The position numbers were made by a program, and so were the translations under genes. Shown here one piece after another: positions 1-18,509 of a stretch of DNA of 64,000 bases. Each line of letters starts with the position of its first letter. Positions within the stretch are counted from its first letter, which is position 1. Origin of the DNA: the human T2T-CHM13v2.0 reference genome, Homo sapiens; the NCBI RefSeq assembly GCF_009914755.1, contig NC_060941.1; one strand, 5' to 3'. The notes under the pieces were generated by a model. It had not been told where the DNA came from and did no database searches. It saw only the letters and a list, made by a program, of their open reading frames with translations.

Positions 1-219
1 GCTCGCTGCAACCTCTGGCTCCAGGGTTCAAGTGATTCTCTGGCCTCAGCCTCCTGAGTAGCTGGGATTACAGGTGCACACCACCACGCCCAGCTAATTT
101 TCTATTTTTAATAGAGACGGGGTTTCACCATGTTGACCAGGCTGGTCTTGAACTTCTGATCTTAGGTGATCGGCCTTCCAAAAGTGCTGGGATTACAGGC
201 ATGAGCCACCGTGCCTGGC
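1..219 (-). mobile_element. Alu (cut by window edge)
   Basis: Antisense Alu consensus. Confidence 0.9.
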
Positions 220-677
220 CCCAGAACATTCTTGCATTCTTGAATTTCCATGGGAATTTTTTTTTCCATTTTAATCTCTCAGGCATTAGAAACCAGAAGT
301 GGCTCCTGTACAGATCTTGGTTTCCATAGCTTTCAGAGCTTCTGTGGGCTTGGGGATGATCCCGTCGGCAGGCTTCTCACTTTAGCAGCTGCAGAAGGCC
401 CTGAGACAGCCCCACAGTCCTTTGCCTCCAGGAAAGACCTCCCGCCACCAGGCTCTAGGAACAATCCTAGACTTTCTACCTAATTTGTACTAGCTTATTC
501 CAGAGTCGTATAGCCTAACAGCTGGGAAGAGCCTCCTGAGTTTCTCCTGCTAATATACACTGTCATTTGGTTTTATATGACTTTCAAGAGAAGATGGCAA
601 ACATCTGCTTACCTGTGTGTCTGTGTTACCTTGGATTCACCCTCTCTTCCCTCATCTAGGACGCGTGATAATGCTTT

Positions 678-680
<3 letters not shown>

Positions 681-729
<49 letters not shown>
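681..729. repeat. (CA)n microsatellite with one interruption
   Basis: Read directly. Confidence 0.95.
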
Positions 730-1249
730 CCTCTGGAATTAACCAGTGCCAACTGCTGCAGCATTGCAGAGAAAAACACTCTGTAGTCACAAACTTATCT
801 TCCAGTGCATATCTCCATTTAACTGGAGTCCAGTTAGTTGACTCTCTCTCAGACATAGCCCAGACAGCATAATGAGGGCATTTCCATCTGTGGCCTAATG
901 AATATCGAGACTCCTAGGCTAGTTATTTCCAGGTCTGCCACCAGCTCACTGAGTGACCTTTGACAAGGCCCTGGACCTGTTTTAGCACCTATAAAGTGGG
1001 GTTAGCAATTTTATCCTAGTGAAGTGGGAGAGATAATGGCTGGGCTAGTGCTTTGAACCTGCAAAGAAATCATCATGAACACCATAATTATTTCCCCAGT
1101 TATTGCAGCAGCAGTCTCTCTGTCTGCCTTGAATGTCCATCACGGAGAAGACCTCGCTGATGGATAGGGGAAAATGTTATTCTGTCTGGGTGGACATTGG
1201 TCTAATTAATTACAAAGGGGTAGACTTCATGATAGGCAAAAGAGAATCA

Positions 1250-1693
<444 letters not shown>

Positions 1694-2644
1694 CTAGTTT
1701 TCCAAAGGTCTTGAGAGTGGAACCAATAGTTGGATAAGCCCTTCAATGCACTGAGTCCATTCATTCATCCTTTACTTCATTCATTTAGGAAAAACCCACT
1801 GGATGCCTAACAAAGTATCTGCTAGTTACAGAGCTGGGTTATATCAAAGATAAAATAATTATGGTCATAAGGGATTATAAGGACCTTCTAGTCAAATAGA
1901 GAGGATAACATATGCACACAAGTAACTTCAATTGAATAAAGTCTCACAAATAAAGCAAAACTTCTGGAGTATTCTAAGTGGGGAGAGATTCTGGCCTAGA
2001 AAACCTGGAGAAGGCTCTGTAGGGGTGAGCGGGAAGGATTGGGGCCTGTAGAGATGACAGATCAGGACTTGCCTAGTAGAACATAGAGTATGAGCAAAAT
2101 TTATGGGTTCCTATATTTGGTGGCCAGGGTGCCTGAAAAGGAGCAGCAGGTAAGGTTGTGTTTGGGCTTGGGATGGAAGGTCTGGGGAGATTGGATGGGG
2201 ACAAAGGGTCAGAGATATGTATCCTTTCAGGATTCTCTTGCCTTTTCTCATCTCTCTGAATCAGGTGCTCCTTCCTCCAATTCTAGCAGCTGGAGGCTCT
2301 CACCTGGGCCTGTGTAATCTCCAGCTTTCCTTTTCATCTGGCTAAATTTTACTCAAGGCCCAAGGCCCAGCTGAGATGCCTCCACCAGAAGTCTCCCACA
2401 ACAGGCAGAGCCTGGCCCCACCACACGGCCCCAAAAGAACTTTTACACCAGAATTCTGCAAGTTTTCTTTGGCTTTCTTTTCTTGCCTTACTCATTGGAT
2501 AGTAACCAATTTGAAGGTCAGAAATGGAGGTTTTCACCCTCTTTTCCACAGTTACATACATATATACACACACACAGACACACGCATGCCCATACAGAAT
2601 ACCACAGAACTGGGCACAAAGTGTCCCCTCAATCATTAACCTTA

Positions 2645-2949
2645 TTGTTTTGTTTTGTTTTTTCTTTTGAGACGGAGTCTCACTGTGTCACCCAGGTTGG
2701 AGTGCAGTGGCGCGATCGTGGCTCACCGCAAGCTCTGCCTCCCAGGTTCATGCCATTCTCCTGCCTCAGCCTCCTGAGTAGCTGGGACTACAGGTGCCCG
2801 ACACCACGCCCGGCTAATTTTTTGTATTTTTAGTAGAGACAGGGTTTCACCATGTTAGCCAGGATGGTCTCGATCTCCTGACCTCGTGATTTGCCCGCCT
2901 CCGCCTCCCAAAGTGCTGGGATTACAGGCATGAGCCACTGCGCCCGGCC
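2645..2949 (-). mobile_element. AluY-like
   Basis: gcaagctc / gccattctc / ttagccaggatgg diagnostics; TSD ttaaccttattgtt. Confidence 0.9.
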
Positions 2950-3029
2950 CATTAACCTTATTGTTATTCACTGCCTCCCAGGACTGGTTCCCAGCATAAT
3001 GCACTGGAAAGAGCACAGGGCTTCAGCCT

Positions 3030-3180
3030 CACACAAATCTTTGAATCTGGGCTCTGCCCCTTCCTTTTGTTGTGTGACCTTGGGTAAGTTGCTTGACCTC
3101 TCAAAGCTTCATTTTCCTCATTTGTATGTGAGGAATAGTGCATGGCACTTAGTAGTAGTGTGGCAAATGATAGTCATTAA
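3030..3180 (+). mobile_element. MIR fragment
   Basis: tgtgtgaccttgggtaagttgcttgacctctc...ttttcctcatttgta core. Confidence 0.7.
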
Positions 3181-3679
3181 TGATTATTGTTGTTGCTGCT
3201 GAGAGCCAGCAAGATCAGATGGTCTACAGGACCCAGGGCTGGGTTTTTATTTTCCTTCCCTTTTAATTTAGTTGTCTTCTTCTCCCATCTGCCTGCTCTG
3301 TGTCTTTCCTGTCACCTGTCTATGGGTCGGCCTGCCTCTCCCTCCAGCCTGGCTTTCTCTTCTCTCCTCAGAGAGCTCGGCTGTTGCTGACTCTCACAGG
3401 GTATGGGCTGTGCCTTGTGCAACATCAGTCAATAAAGATAAATTACAAAATCATTTGTTTTATTTGTTCTTGTTACTTTGAGGGCTGTCTGAAATTGCCT
3501 TTCTTTTGAAAGCCATATTTGCATATCTCTATGCTGGAGTCAAAGGCTGCAGCTGTGGTTTCAATACAATTTAAATATTAATAAAACCTCCTAAACCTTT
3601 AGCTGTTTTTTAAAAAAGCAGTCTTGCCCTTCTGCTCCTAGATTGCTAATATAATTTAATCTTTGTCCTTTGCATTGTA

Positions 3680-4000
3680 CAGCAGTCCCCCCTTATCTGC
3701 GGGGCATATGTTCCAAGACCACAAGTAGATGCCTGAACCCTCGGATAGTACCAAACCCTATATATATTATGTTTTTCCCTATACATACATACCTATGATA
3801 AAATTTAATTTATAAATTGGGCACAGTAAGAGATTAACAACAATAACTAATAATAAAATAGAACAAGTCAAACAATACTTAGAATGGTGTACAATTTAAA
3901 ACGAGTGACTGGTTTCCGGAATTTTCCTTTTAATATTTTTGGACCATGGTTGACCATAAGTAACTGAAATCAAAACCATGGATGAGTGGGGGGACTACTG
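3680..4000. mobile_element. MER44-like (TcMar-Tigger) non-autonomous DNA transposon
   Basis: TIRs cagcagtcccccc ... ggggggactactg; 5' TA target. Confidence 0.75.
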
Positions 4001-4179
4001 TCTTTGCTTAAAGGGCCTTTTTGAAGTTAACTGAAGCCAGCTGTTGCAACCTTGTAGAGAAGAACCACTTACCAGCCCACAAACCTTATTTATCCTTAAC
4101 AAGCCCAATATTCACTACAGACAAAATAATAGACCACAGGTAACATTTTATATCAATTAGCAGCCCCTTACACTAAGTC

Positions 4180-4338
4180 ATTTGTTCTCAAACTTGAGCC
4201 TGTTGTAGATTCACAGGTTGCTGGCCCCACCTGTCTGGGATTCAGTGGGTCTGGGAATTTGCATATCTAACAAATTCCTAGGTGATGGTGTTGCCCCCTC
4301 ACACTCCTATCAGGGGATCATGCTTTGAGAGCCTCTGC
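4180..4338. mobile_element. MER5A-like hAT-Charlie relic
   Basis: ttctcaaacttg...gaatttgcatatctaacaaattcctaggtgatg...ctttgaga. Confidence 0.65.
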
Positions 4339-6191
4339 ACTGAACTGTAAATGTTAAGCTGTCATATCATTTTGAGTCCTTGAAACCATGTCTCCACAGT
4401 TCATATTCCCCAGCCACCAGAGTCGGGAGGATCTCTCTCCAGATCTTGATTCCTTCCAGTCCCTTAAACAATTGCTTACATTTTCCTGATCCTCCAGACA
4501 TTCAGGATCAGCCCCTCTACACCTCCCCAATCCCTGCTCTCCATAGGAGCTGTTTCTAGTTTTCCTTAATTTTCTATTTGGCCAGATTCGTTGCTTTAAT
4601 TTTCTCCTTGTTACAGGCAGAGTTACAGGCTGTTCAAGAAAACCAGGCATCACTGTAGTGGAAGGGGTTGCCGGCTCAGCCATTTTCCAGTAGTCTTTGA
4701 TAAGTGAGCCCCCACATTCCCTGGGCAGCAGGCCCCATTCTCTAGGGCTTCTTTGCATAAATCTGCAGCTCCCCCTCATCCTGCCATTCTGTGTGTGCCA
4801 TCTGCCTCTGGGGCTGACCTTATCTGCTCCTCGCAGCCTTCAGAGGACACCTTCTGGGCAGTTTGGCTCCTTCTGCTCCAACCACCCCAACATTGATTCC
4901 TTTCTTTTTCTCCTGCATATTTTTGAGGTGATACTTTGTTGATGATTCTGGTTGCATTTTTTAAGAGGGACATAATCTGCCAGAGCTCTTCTCTAGGCCC
5001 CCTCCCTGTGCCTGCATGATAATCCTTTCTCCTCCTTCCTTTCCAGCTTCTTTGTAGAAGTTTGTTTTGTAAAATGAGATAAAGGCAGTACAGGAACTAG
5101 TTCCCAATTGCTGCTGTGCCCAGAGAGGGCTAGAGATTGCGGGGTGGAAAAGTGGGAGGACATCTTAAAGTCAGAGGTCAAAGCAACGTGTATTAACTCC
5201 ATCATCAGGTAGCACTCTTAACCTGGGCCAGGCACCATGAGGCCAGGGCCTGAACTTGACTTCTGGGAAAGGTTATGCAGAGCTTGAAACAGATGGGGTA
5301 TATGTTTGTTGGGAGACCTTAGAGACAATTACAGAAAACTTTAATGTATTTTAGTCATCTTTGCTTTTACTCACTATTCCTGAAAAGGCAGGCTGTACTA
5401 GATGGATACTGCTTTTCCTATTAACCCATCAGTGATGGGGTCAGAAGGCTGAGGCCTGGCTTACCCTCAAGGCCCAGTAGCACTTCTGCTTGCTTCCCGC
5501 CTGCCTTTACTACTAACACCGAGACTCATCAACTCACTGGCAGGTAGACAGGGAGCTGGCATGGGCCCTAGGGAAGTCAAGCTGTAGGTGAGGATGAACT
5601 GGAAGGCTTTGACAACTAAGATACACAGTCATAAGCTGGGAAGCCAGAGAGAAGTGGAAACAGCAGCCATGATCCACTCCTGTAAGACCCTTTGCCTGAC
5701 ATGGGGCTGCTTTTACTGTCTCCTACTGTGGCCCAAAAGGGAAGTGAGTGTGAGTTCCCCTCAAAATCTAGTTCTCTCTCCAAATTCCCTTAAGGCTTGA
5801 ACCTTCTGTCCCGGGGTCAGTGACAGAGGCAGATGGAAAGCTGATGATGGGAACAGAAAGGTGGCTTTGGGTCTCCATGTAGTCATTTTTAGCTGTGCAA
5901 ATCTGAGTAAAATCTTACAAACAAGGAACTTGAGATTCAACTCCCATTTTTCCAATGAGGTAACAAATACCCACTTCATAGGGCTATGATGAAGACTGAT
6001 ATAAAATGTAATATTGGCAGTTAGCTCCATTTTCTCTATCTTCCTTCACTGTTTCCAGCAAATACAGCAGGACTGAACTATGTGATGACTTCATTCTCTT
6101 TGCTCAAAAAGGATTCCAATCTCTGAGCAGTGTGAGGACCAGGAAATAATGGTAGAGAGTGTCATCTGTGGATTAAGCATGTTAAATACAA

Positions 6192-6717
6192 GTGGTAGGC
6201 AGAATTCTAAAGATGTCCTCCCTTGATTGCTGTCTTCTGGTTATTCATTCCAACACTAATCTAGGTACTGCTGCGAAGGGACTTTGCAGCTATAATTAAG
6301 GCTATGGGCCTTAAGATGTGAAGATCACTTTGGATTACCAAGTGGGTGCAATCTAATCACTTGAGCCCTTAGAAACAGAGAAATGTCTCTGGCAGGAGTT
6401 AGAAAGATACAGTAGTCAGCAAGATTCAGTGTGAGAAAAACTTGACCACCCATTGCTGGTTTTGAAGATGGAGGCAGACAGGCCAGGAGCCTAGGAATGT
6501 GGGGAGCCTCAAGAAGCTGAGAATGATGCCCAGCCAACAGCCAGTGGGAAACAGGGATCTTAGTCCTAGAACTGCAAGGACCCAGAGCCTCTAGAAGGGA
6601 ACACGCCCTGCGAACACCTTTATTTTGGCCTCATGAAACCTGAAACAAAGAAACAGTTGAGCCACCTCAGACTTCTGACCTTGCAACAATTTGTTTTGGC
6701 AGCAACAGGAAATACAA
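6192..6717 (+). mobile_element. MLT1 (ERVL-MaLR) solo LTR just downstream of the BRCA1 poly(A) site
   Basis: gtggtaggcagaattctaa...gggactttgcag...tgctggttttgaagatggagg...gcagcaacaggaaataca. Confidence 0.75.
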
Positions 6718-6734
6718 AAGGTATTTAAGCTGCC

Positions 6735-6810
6735 TCAATAAATCCTAGGAGGTAGATACTATCATTACCCCCATTTTACAGAGTGGGAGACTGAAGCACA
6801 GTGAAAAGGC
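6735..6810 (-). mobile_element. MIR fragment next to the BRCA1 3' end
   Basis: attacccccattttacagagtgggagactgaagcacag. Confidence 0.65.
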
Positions 6811-6876
6811 TCTGAGAAAGTCGGCTGGCCTAAGTCTCAAGAACAGTCATTCATGGTGGAAGTGTTTGCTACCAAG

Positions 6877-6882
6877 TTTATT
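6877..6882 (-). terminator. BRCA1 polyadenylation signal AATAAA
   Basis: tttatt on + strand, 20 nt from the inferred cleavage site. Confidence 0.9.
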
Positions 6883-7366
6883 TGCAGTGTTAACAGCACA
6901 ACATTTACAAAACGTATTTTGTACAATCAAGTCTTCACTGCCCTTGCACACTAGGGGGGCTAGGGAAGACCTAGTCCTTCCAACAGCTATAAACAGTCCT
7001 GGATAATGGGTTTATGAAAAACACTTTTTCTTCCTTCAGCAAGCAAAATTATTTATGAAGCTGTATGGTTTCAGCAACAGGGAGCAAAGGAAAAAAATCA
7101 CCTCAAAGAAAGCAACAGCTTCCTTCCTGGTGGGATCTGTCATTTTATAGATATGAAATATTCATGCCAGAGGTCTTATATTTTAAGAGGAATGGATTAT
7201 ATACCAGAGCTACAACAATAAACATTTTACTTATTACTAATGAGGAATTAGAAGACTGTCTTTGGAAACCGGTTCTTGAAAATCTTCTGCTGTTTTAGAA
7301 CACATTCTTTAGAAATCTAGCAAATATATCTCAGACTTTTAGAAATCTCTTCTAGTTTCATTTTCC

Positions 7367-7661
7367 TTTTTTTTTTTTTTTTTGAGCCACAGTCTCACTG
7401 TCACCCAGGCTGGAGTGCCGTGGTATGATCTTGGCTCACTGCAACCTCCACCTCCCGGGCTGAAGTGATTCTCCTGCCTTAGCCACCTGAGTAGCTGGGA
7501 TTACAGGTGTCCACCACCATGACCGGCTAATTTCTGTATTTTTAGTAGAGATGGGGTTTCACCATGTTGGCCAGGCTGGTTTCGAACTCCTGACCTCCAG
7601 TGATCTGCCCACCTTGGCCTCCCAAAGTGCTGGGATTACAGGCGTGAGCCACCATGCCCAG
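7367..7661 (-). mobile_element. Alu in the BRCA1 3'UTR (sense to the mRNA)
   Basis: T17 followed by antisense Alu on +. Confidence 0.9.
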
Positions 7662-8237
7662 GTTTCAAGTTTCCTTTTCATTTCTAATACCTGCCTCAGA
7701 ATTTCCTCCCCAATGTTCCACTCCAACATTTGAGAACTGCCCAAGGACTATTCTGACTTTAAGTCACATAATCGATCCCAAGCACTCTCCTTCCATTGAA
7801 GGGTCTGACTCTCTGCATTTGTGAACACAGGGTTTTAGAGAAGTAAACTTAGGGAAACCAGCTATTCTCTTGAGGCCAAGCCACTCTGTGCTTCCAGCCC
7901 TAAGCCAACAACAGCCTGAATAGAAAGAATAGGGCTGATAAATAATGAATCAGCATCTTGCTCAATTGGTGGCGTTTAAATGGTTTTAAAATCTTCTCAG
8001 GTGAAAAATTACCATAATTTTGTGCTCATGGCAGATTTCCAAGGGAGACTTCAAGCAGAAAATCTTTAAGGGACCCTTGCATAGCCAGAAGTCCTTTTCA
8101 GGCTGATGTACATAAAATATTTAGTAGCCAGGACAGTAGAAGGACTGAAGAGTGAGAGGAGCTCCCAGGGCCTGGAAAGGCCACTTTGTAAGCTCATTCT
8201 TGGGGTCCTGTGGCTCTGTACCTGTGGCTGGCTGCAG

Positions 8238-8399
<162 letters not shown>

Positions 8400-8482
8400 T
8401 CATTCTCCTGGACTAGGCTCTAATCAATCGACTCCAGGGTCCTGGTTGTATGAGTTCTTAGGATTAATGAGGTAGAAGCTAA

Positions 8483-9343
<861 letters not shown>

Positions 9344-9664
9344 TCAGGACATAAGGCCTTGCTCTGAAGAGGCCCTAGGAGTGACTCCTGGTGACAGTGA
9401 AAGCCCACAGCCTCTGGCAACTGTATTAACATGAACTTCAATCTGTTAAAGGAAAGCCACCAGGAAAACAGCACTGTAATTTAACGATGTGGAAAAATGT
9501 ATGTAATATCTTAAGGAAAAAAGCAAAACAGTGTAATTATGATCACATTTTATAAAATACACGTGTATATATACGCACATATGCCTGGTGGAGTTTTATG
9601 GTGATCATCTCCAAGTGGTGGAATTACTGGGATTATTTTATTGTTTTTGTGTAAATTTATACTT

Positions 9665-9961
9665 TCTTTTTTCTTTTTGAGACACGGTCTCGCTCTGTCG
9701 CCCAGGCTGGAGTACAGTGGTGTGATCGTGGCTCACTGAAGCATCAACCTCCTGAGCTCAAGTGATCCTCCCACCTCAGCTTCCCAAGTAGCTGCGACTA
9801 CAGGCATCTGCCACCACACCCAGCTACTTTTTAAATTTGTTGTACAGATGAAGTCTCCTTATGTTGCCCAGGCTGGTCTCGAACTTCTAGGCTCCCACCT
9901 TGACCTCCATCTTGACCTCCCAAAGTGCTGGAATTATAGGCATGAGCCACCATGCCCGGCC
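9665..9961 (-). mobile_element. AluJ-like, intron 23
   Basis: Alu consensus. Confidence 0.85.
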
Positions 9962-10102
9962 TTGATTTATGTTTTTGTGATGAACATTCATATCTTACTC
10001 CCACCCCATGGAAACAGTTCATGTATTACTTTTACAATATAAAACAAATAACAATAAAAACATCAAAAAGACATTTTAGCCATTCATTCAACAAATATTT
10101 AA

Positions 10103-11467
<1,365 letters not shown>

Positions 11468-11515
11468 TAGAGGGAAAAAGTCTTCCCTCAGTATATTTAA
11501 TATGTGCAGTTCTCA

Positions 11516-11767
<252 letters not shown>

Positions 11768-12886
11768 TTAGATGTAAAATCACTGCAGTAATCTGCATAC
11801 TTAACCCAGGCCCTCTACCCTACACTCTCCGGATGAAGGCTTATAGCAAGACCTCTCAATGGGAGAGTCTGTCTCTCTGCTCCAAAGGACAATGGTCTTA
11901 AAATAGTAGGGGTATGGATTTTAAGTCAATTTGCCACTGATATGCCATGTACTCTGGTTATCAGTCTCCATAAGGCCACTTGGTATAAGGTTTGATAGTC
12001 TCTCAAATAAAATGCTTGAAAGAAAAAAAAATCAAAGATCTAATTTCCATTAATTTGCTAAATTGCTGGCTAAGACACTGTGTGAAAAAACACCCACCTT
12101 CCTTCCCTCCCTTCCTCCCTTCATCCTAATTCTGTGTTGGTAACTGATAATCACGGCCACTGAAAATACCATACTTGGTGGTAATTACTGTAAATGTCAA
12201 GAGATGGGAAGATAATTCATCCAGTCAAAAAAATACATGTTATCTTGGTTAGAGACTCAGCAGGGAAAGGCTACATGCTGAGCTGGAATCCATATACTCA
12301 GGGGAATAAAAATCAGAAGAGACTGTGGAGATGCTGTGTACCTGGAAAATCAGAACTGCCCAATGGGCTCTGTTGGCTGTGTTCTTCAAGACATTCATGT
12401 ATGTTGCTCTTTCCCATCAGCCCGTTTCTGGGAATTGCTGAGGTGCTCCTGTCTGTCTGACTGAACGAAGGTTGACTAACTCACCCCCAAAATAATACTT
12501 TCTGGCAACCCTGGTTTCCACTATACCAAAGTAAAAAAACACTGAGAAATCCTTGAGTGGAACTTGGAAATTTCATAAAAATCCAATTGATAACTAATAA
12601 AGAGGATGGAAACAAAATTACATTGCAGCCAGGTTTTCTTGCTGTCACTCATCTGCCTGTGACCAGATGCTAAGGCCTTTCTCTAAGGTGTAAGAGGACC
12701 TAAGTCCCTGGGCAGAAGCAGGCACAGGAGGCAAAGGTGGGTAGCTTTTGCTGTGAAAAGAACAAACCAAATTTATACACACACCAAGGCCTTTGTGCTG
12801 CGCAACTCCAGAGGTAAGCTTTATAGCAGTCCTAAGCATAACATTGTATTAAGTGTCAAGTTTAATTAGAAAATGTTCATGGAGAG

Positions 12887-13267
<381 letters not shown>

Positions 13268-13569
13268 TTAAGATGGTTTAGGAAGAGGAGAACTCCTCCT
13301 TGATTTTTACCTATCCAAAGATATTTTCTCACTAACATGTTGGCACTAACAGCAGCTCAACGCCATCTGAACACATAACATACTGAATCCTAACTATTAA
13401 CCACCTTCATGCTCTTGAGAAGGGGGACAAGGTATAGTTTTTTTTTGCCATAGGATAACATTTAGGTGCTGTTTTGTTTGGAGAGTGGTAGAGAAATAGA
13501 ATAGCCTCTAGAACATTTCAGCAATCTGAGGAACCCCCATCGTGGGATCTTGCTTATAATACTCCACTA

Positions 13570-13725
<156 letters not shown>

Positions 13726-14250
13726 CTAGTTATAAAAGAATATTGGCTTTTATTCAAAAAACAGACTTTCAAAAAGGAAGAGCTTTTCTTTTTCTTCTGT
13801 TCACCACCTGATGATTTCTGCTGCTACTTCCCAGGGACAAGCAGTCCAATGTCCAGAACACTACAGGATTTCAGAAGATCTTCTTGAAGTGCATATGTAG
13901 TTGACCTGCACTCTACAGGCATTCTTTGTCATTCAAGGACTGAGCATCTCACTTTTGTCACCAATCAGGCCAAGGCTCCTCCCTAATGATCTCTGCAGGT
14001 GCTTTAACTTGTTAGATGCAAGGGAAAAAAGGTCCTTCTGTATGTTTAATAAGAGGCTTGGATGGCTAGAAACTCAAAGTTATTGGCTGAAGTTTGATGT
14101 TTATCCAGACTTGGTACCTCAAGTACTCACCATGACCCCATCAACAGAGGGGTCTATGTTGATTTTAGGTGTACATGCTCCTTGTCTCCTCTGACTTTTT
14201 TTTTTTTTTTTGAGACGGAGTCTCTCTCTGTCACCTAGGCTGGAGCGTAG

Positions 14251-14472
<222 letters not shown>

Positions 14473-14699
14473 TAAGCCACTGCGCCCGGCCCTCTCTGAC
14501 TTTCTTCTAGCCCCCTAAACATCTGTTCCTTCCTTCTCACTACTCTGAGAATGGCCATTGTATCTTTAGGCCACCTAAGCAGTTTTTAATCTAGAAGTGA
14601 AGCCAGGTTCTGCCTCTCCTCATTGAACTAGTCTGACTACCTGGTTTCCTGAAGACACAGATCACACTGCACTGCCTCTTCCACTTACAGGGCTTGGCA

Positions 14700-15068
14700 A
14701 CACTGTTCAAAACAACTTTCTGTGATAGTCACAATGTTCTATATCTATGCTAATAAGGTAGCCATGAGTCACATATAGTTATTGAGCACTGGAGATGTGG
14801 TTAGGGTGAATGAAGAACTAAACTTCATATTTTAATTTTTTTCTTTTTTTTTGAAGAGATGAGGTCTCATTCTGTCACTCAGGCTGGAGTACAGTGGCAC
14901 GATCATAGCTTGCTGCGGTATTGAACTTCCGGGCTCAAGCAATCCTCTTGCCTCAGCCTCCTAAGTAGCTGGGACTACAAGTGCACACCACCATGACTGG
15001 CTAATTTGTAAAATTTAAATTTAAACAGTCCCATGTGGCTGGTGGCAACAGTGTGGGACAGTGCAAAT
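14700..15068. mobile_element. MER3-like hAT element split by an Alu arm (~14840-15005)
   Basis: aatgttctatatct...gttattgagcactggagatgtggt... resumes as aaacagtcccatgtggctggtggc. Confidence 0.6.
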
Positions 15069-15320
15069 TCTCATAAACACACTGGCATAGGTTCTTAGCA
15101 AATAACTTGGGTATCACTTAAAAATAAACCCTAAAATTGTATCATTTTGGATGGATATGTTTTGGGTGACTCTCAGTGTCTTGACCTTCCCATTGCAATA
15201 AAAAGAAAATTGCCAAGGCCTAAAATTCACCTGGCTTCAAAGAGACTGCGATAGAGAAAAAAATCAGGAAGCTAAAAATACACGGATGGCCTTTTAGAAA
15301 GTGGTCACCCTCCCCCTTGA

Positions 15321-15647
<327 letters not shown>

Positions 15648-17317
15648 TGAACTCCTGACCTCATGATCCACCCGCCTCAGGCTCCCAAAGACAAGTCTGT
15701 TTGTTTTAAGGGACAGCATCCATCTGTGCCACTCTCACTACCTGTATGAATAAACCGCACCCCCAACCTGTTGATAGGACCTGCATGCTCATAATGCTAG
15801 AAGTTCTCCCCAGGCAGCCAAGTGGAGCCAAATGCTGACATGAAAAGTACAAAAGATTAGGAATGTTTATATCCAGGCTAACACTCAGTGATGAGGATGC
15901 CTAGTTATGAGATAAGAAATTTGAAGTTTCGGGCTTGGCGTAGTGGCTCACGCCTGTAATCCCAGCACTTTGGGAGGCTGAGGCAGGCGGATCACGAGGT
16001 CAAGAGATGGAGACCATCCCGTCTAACACAGTGAAAACCCGTCTCTACTAAAAATACAAAAAATTAGCTGGGCATGGTGGCGGGCACCTGTAGTCCCAGC
16101 TACTTGGGAGGCTGAGGCAGGAGAATGGTGTGAACCCAGGAGGTGGAGTGGAGCTGGTAGTGAGCCGAGACGGCGCCACTGCACTCCAGCCTGGGTGACA
16201 TAGCGAGACTCTGTCTCAAAAAAAAAAAGAAATTTGAAGTTTCAGGCCGGGCGCGGTGGCCTGTAATCCTAGCACTTTGGGAGGCCGAGGTGGGTGGATC
16301 ACTTGAGGTCGGGAGTTCAAGACCAGCGTGACCAACATGGAGAAACCCCATCTCTACTAAAAATACAAAATCAGCTGGGCGTGGTGGCACATGCCTGTAA
16401 TCCTAGCTACTTAGGAGGCTGAGGCAGGAGAATCACTTGAACCCTGGAGGCAGAGATTGCGGTGAGCCAAGATCGCGCCATTGTACTTCAGCCTGGGCAA
16501 GAAGAGCAAAGCTTCGTCTTAAAAAAAAAAAAAAAGAAATTTGAAGTTTCACCTCTACATATACATTTCTCTTCCAGAGAAAAATACTACGGTGACATTT
16601 AGTATTTTCAGAATGTCATTACTTTGACCACATACTTTCCATCATTGCTATTCTGCATGGAGGAAAAAATCCAAAGCACTAGAATTTCTTTTTAAAGAGG
16701 GGAAGAATCTGGTGCTAATACTGCCTAGCATACAGTGGAGGAAAAACAGAGGACTGGCTCACATGGCGCTCCCCTGTGGTAAAGGCAGAAGCAGAAATAA
16801 GGCCAGCAGCTTTTCTTGGCATCTGGAACAATTACTTGATAGGCTCAGAAGGTAAAAACAGGCTGACCTCAGCAGTTCAAAACTCCAGGCTTCATTTGTG
16901 ATCATGTCCCAAAGCAGTTTTCCTTAGGAAATTACCTCTACTGGTTCCCTCTTAAGTTTCTATAAAGGGACAGAAAGTGCTCAGTAGAAGGATGTTTTGT
17001 TTTGTTTTGAGACAAGGTCTCACAATGTTGGCCAGGCTGGAGTGCAGTAGCACCATCATGGCTCACTGCAGCCTCGACCTCCCAGACTCAAGCATTCTTC
17101 TCACCTCAGCCTCCTGAGTAGCTGGGAATACAAGAGTGTGCTACGACACCCAATTAATTTTTAAATTTTTTTGTAGAGACAGGGTCTTACTATGTTGCCC
17201 AGGCTAGTCTTGAACTCCTGGGCTCAAGTGATCCTCCTGCCTTGGCCTCCTAAAGTGCTGGGATTACAGAAGTGAGCCGCTGTGCCCAGCTGGGATTTTT
17301 TTTTTTTTTTGAGATGA

Positions 17318-17609
<292 letters not shown>

Positions 17610-17899
17610 TGAAATGCCTGGTAGTGCACACTTGAAAAAGGAAGAAAAGCAGACTGGGAACATAGCACTTAGGGAGCTGAGAAAGCAGCCAGCTCAGGCC
17701 TGACAGGTAAGTGTGAAATCTTGCAGACTTTCTCCCTGTGAGGAAGTCAGAGTTCTGGCTAAGTCATCTGCTACAATATGATCAGGAGAAAGTCATTGAG
17801 TCTTCTTGGGTCTCATCTGCAAAGTTGTTAGAATGCTCCATTTTTTTTCCCTCCGTGAAGCCTTCAACAACTTTTCAAGAAACTATAGTATTGTTGTTA

Positions 17900-18337
<438 letters not shown>

Positions 18338-18509
18338 CTAGTTGTTGTGGCACATGCCTGTAATCCTAGCCACTTGGGAGGCCAAGGCACAAGAATTGAA
18401 CAAGGTTTGAACTTGGGAGGTGAAGGTTGCAGTGAGCAGAGATAGTGGCACTGCACTCCAGCCTGGGTGACAGAGTAAGACTCTGGCCCGAAAAATAAAT
18501 TAACAAAGA

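Larger units (their letters stand above)
6857..8237 (-). other. BRCA1: BRCA1 3'UTR (~1.38 kb)
   Basis: From the stop codon to ~20 nt past AATAAA; ends ...CAAACACTTCCA. Confidence 0.9.

Noticed and set aside
16764-16780. CTCF-like motif CCACAGGGGAGCGCCA on minus
   Set aside because: Mismatch at a near-invariant G; unsupported without ChIP data.
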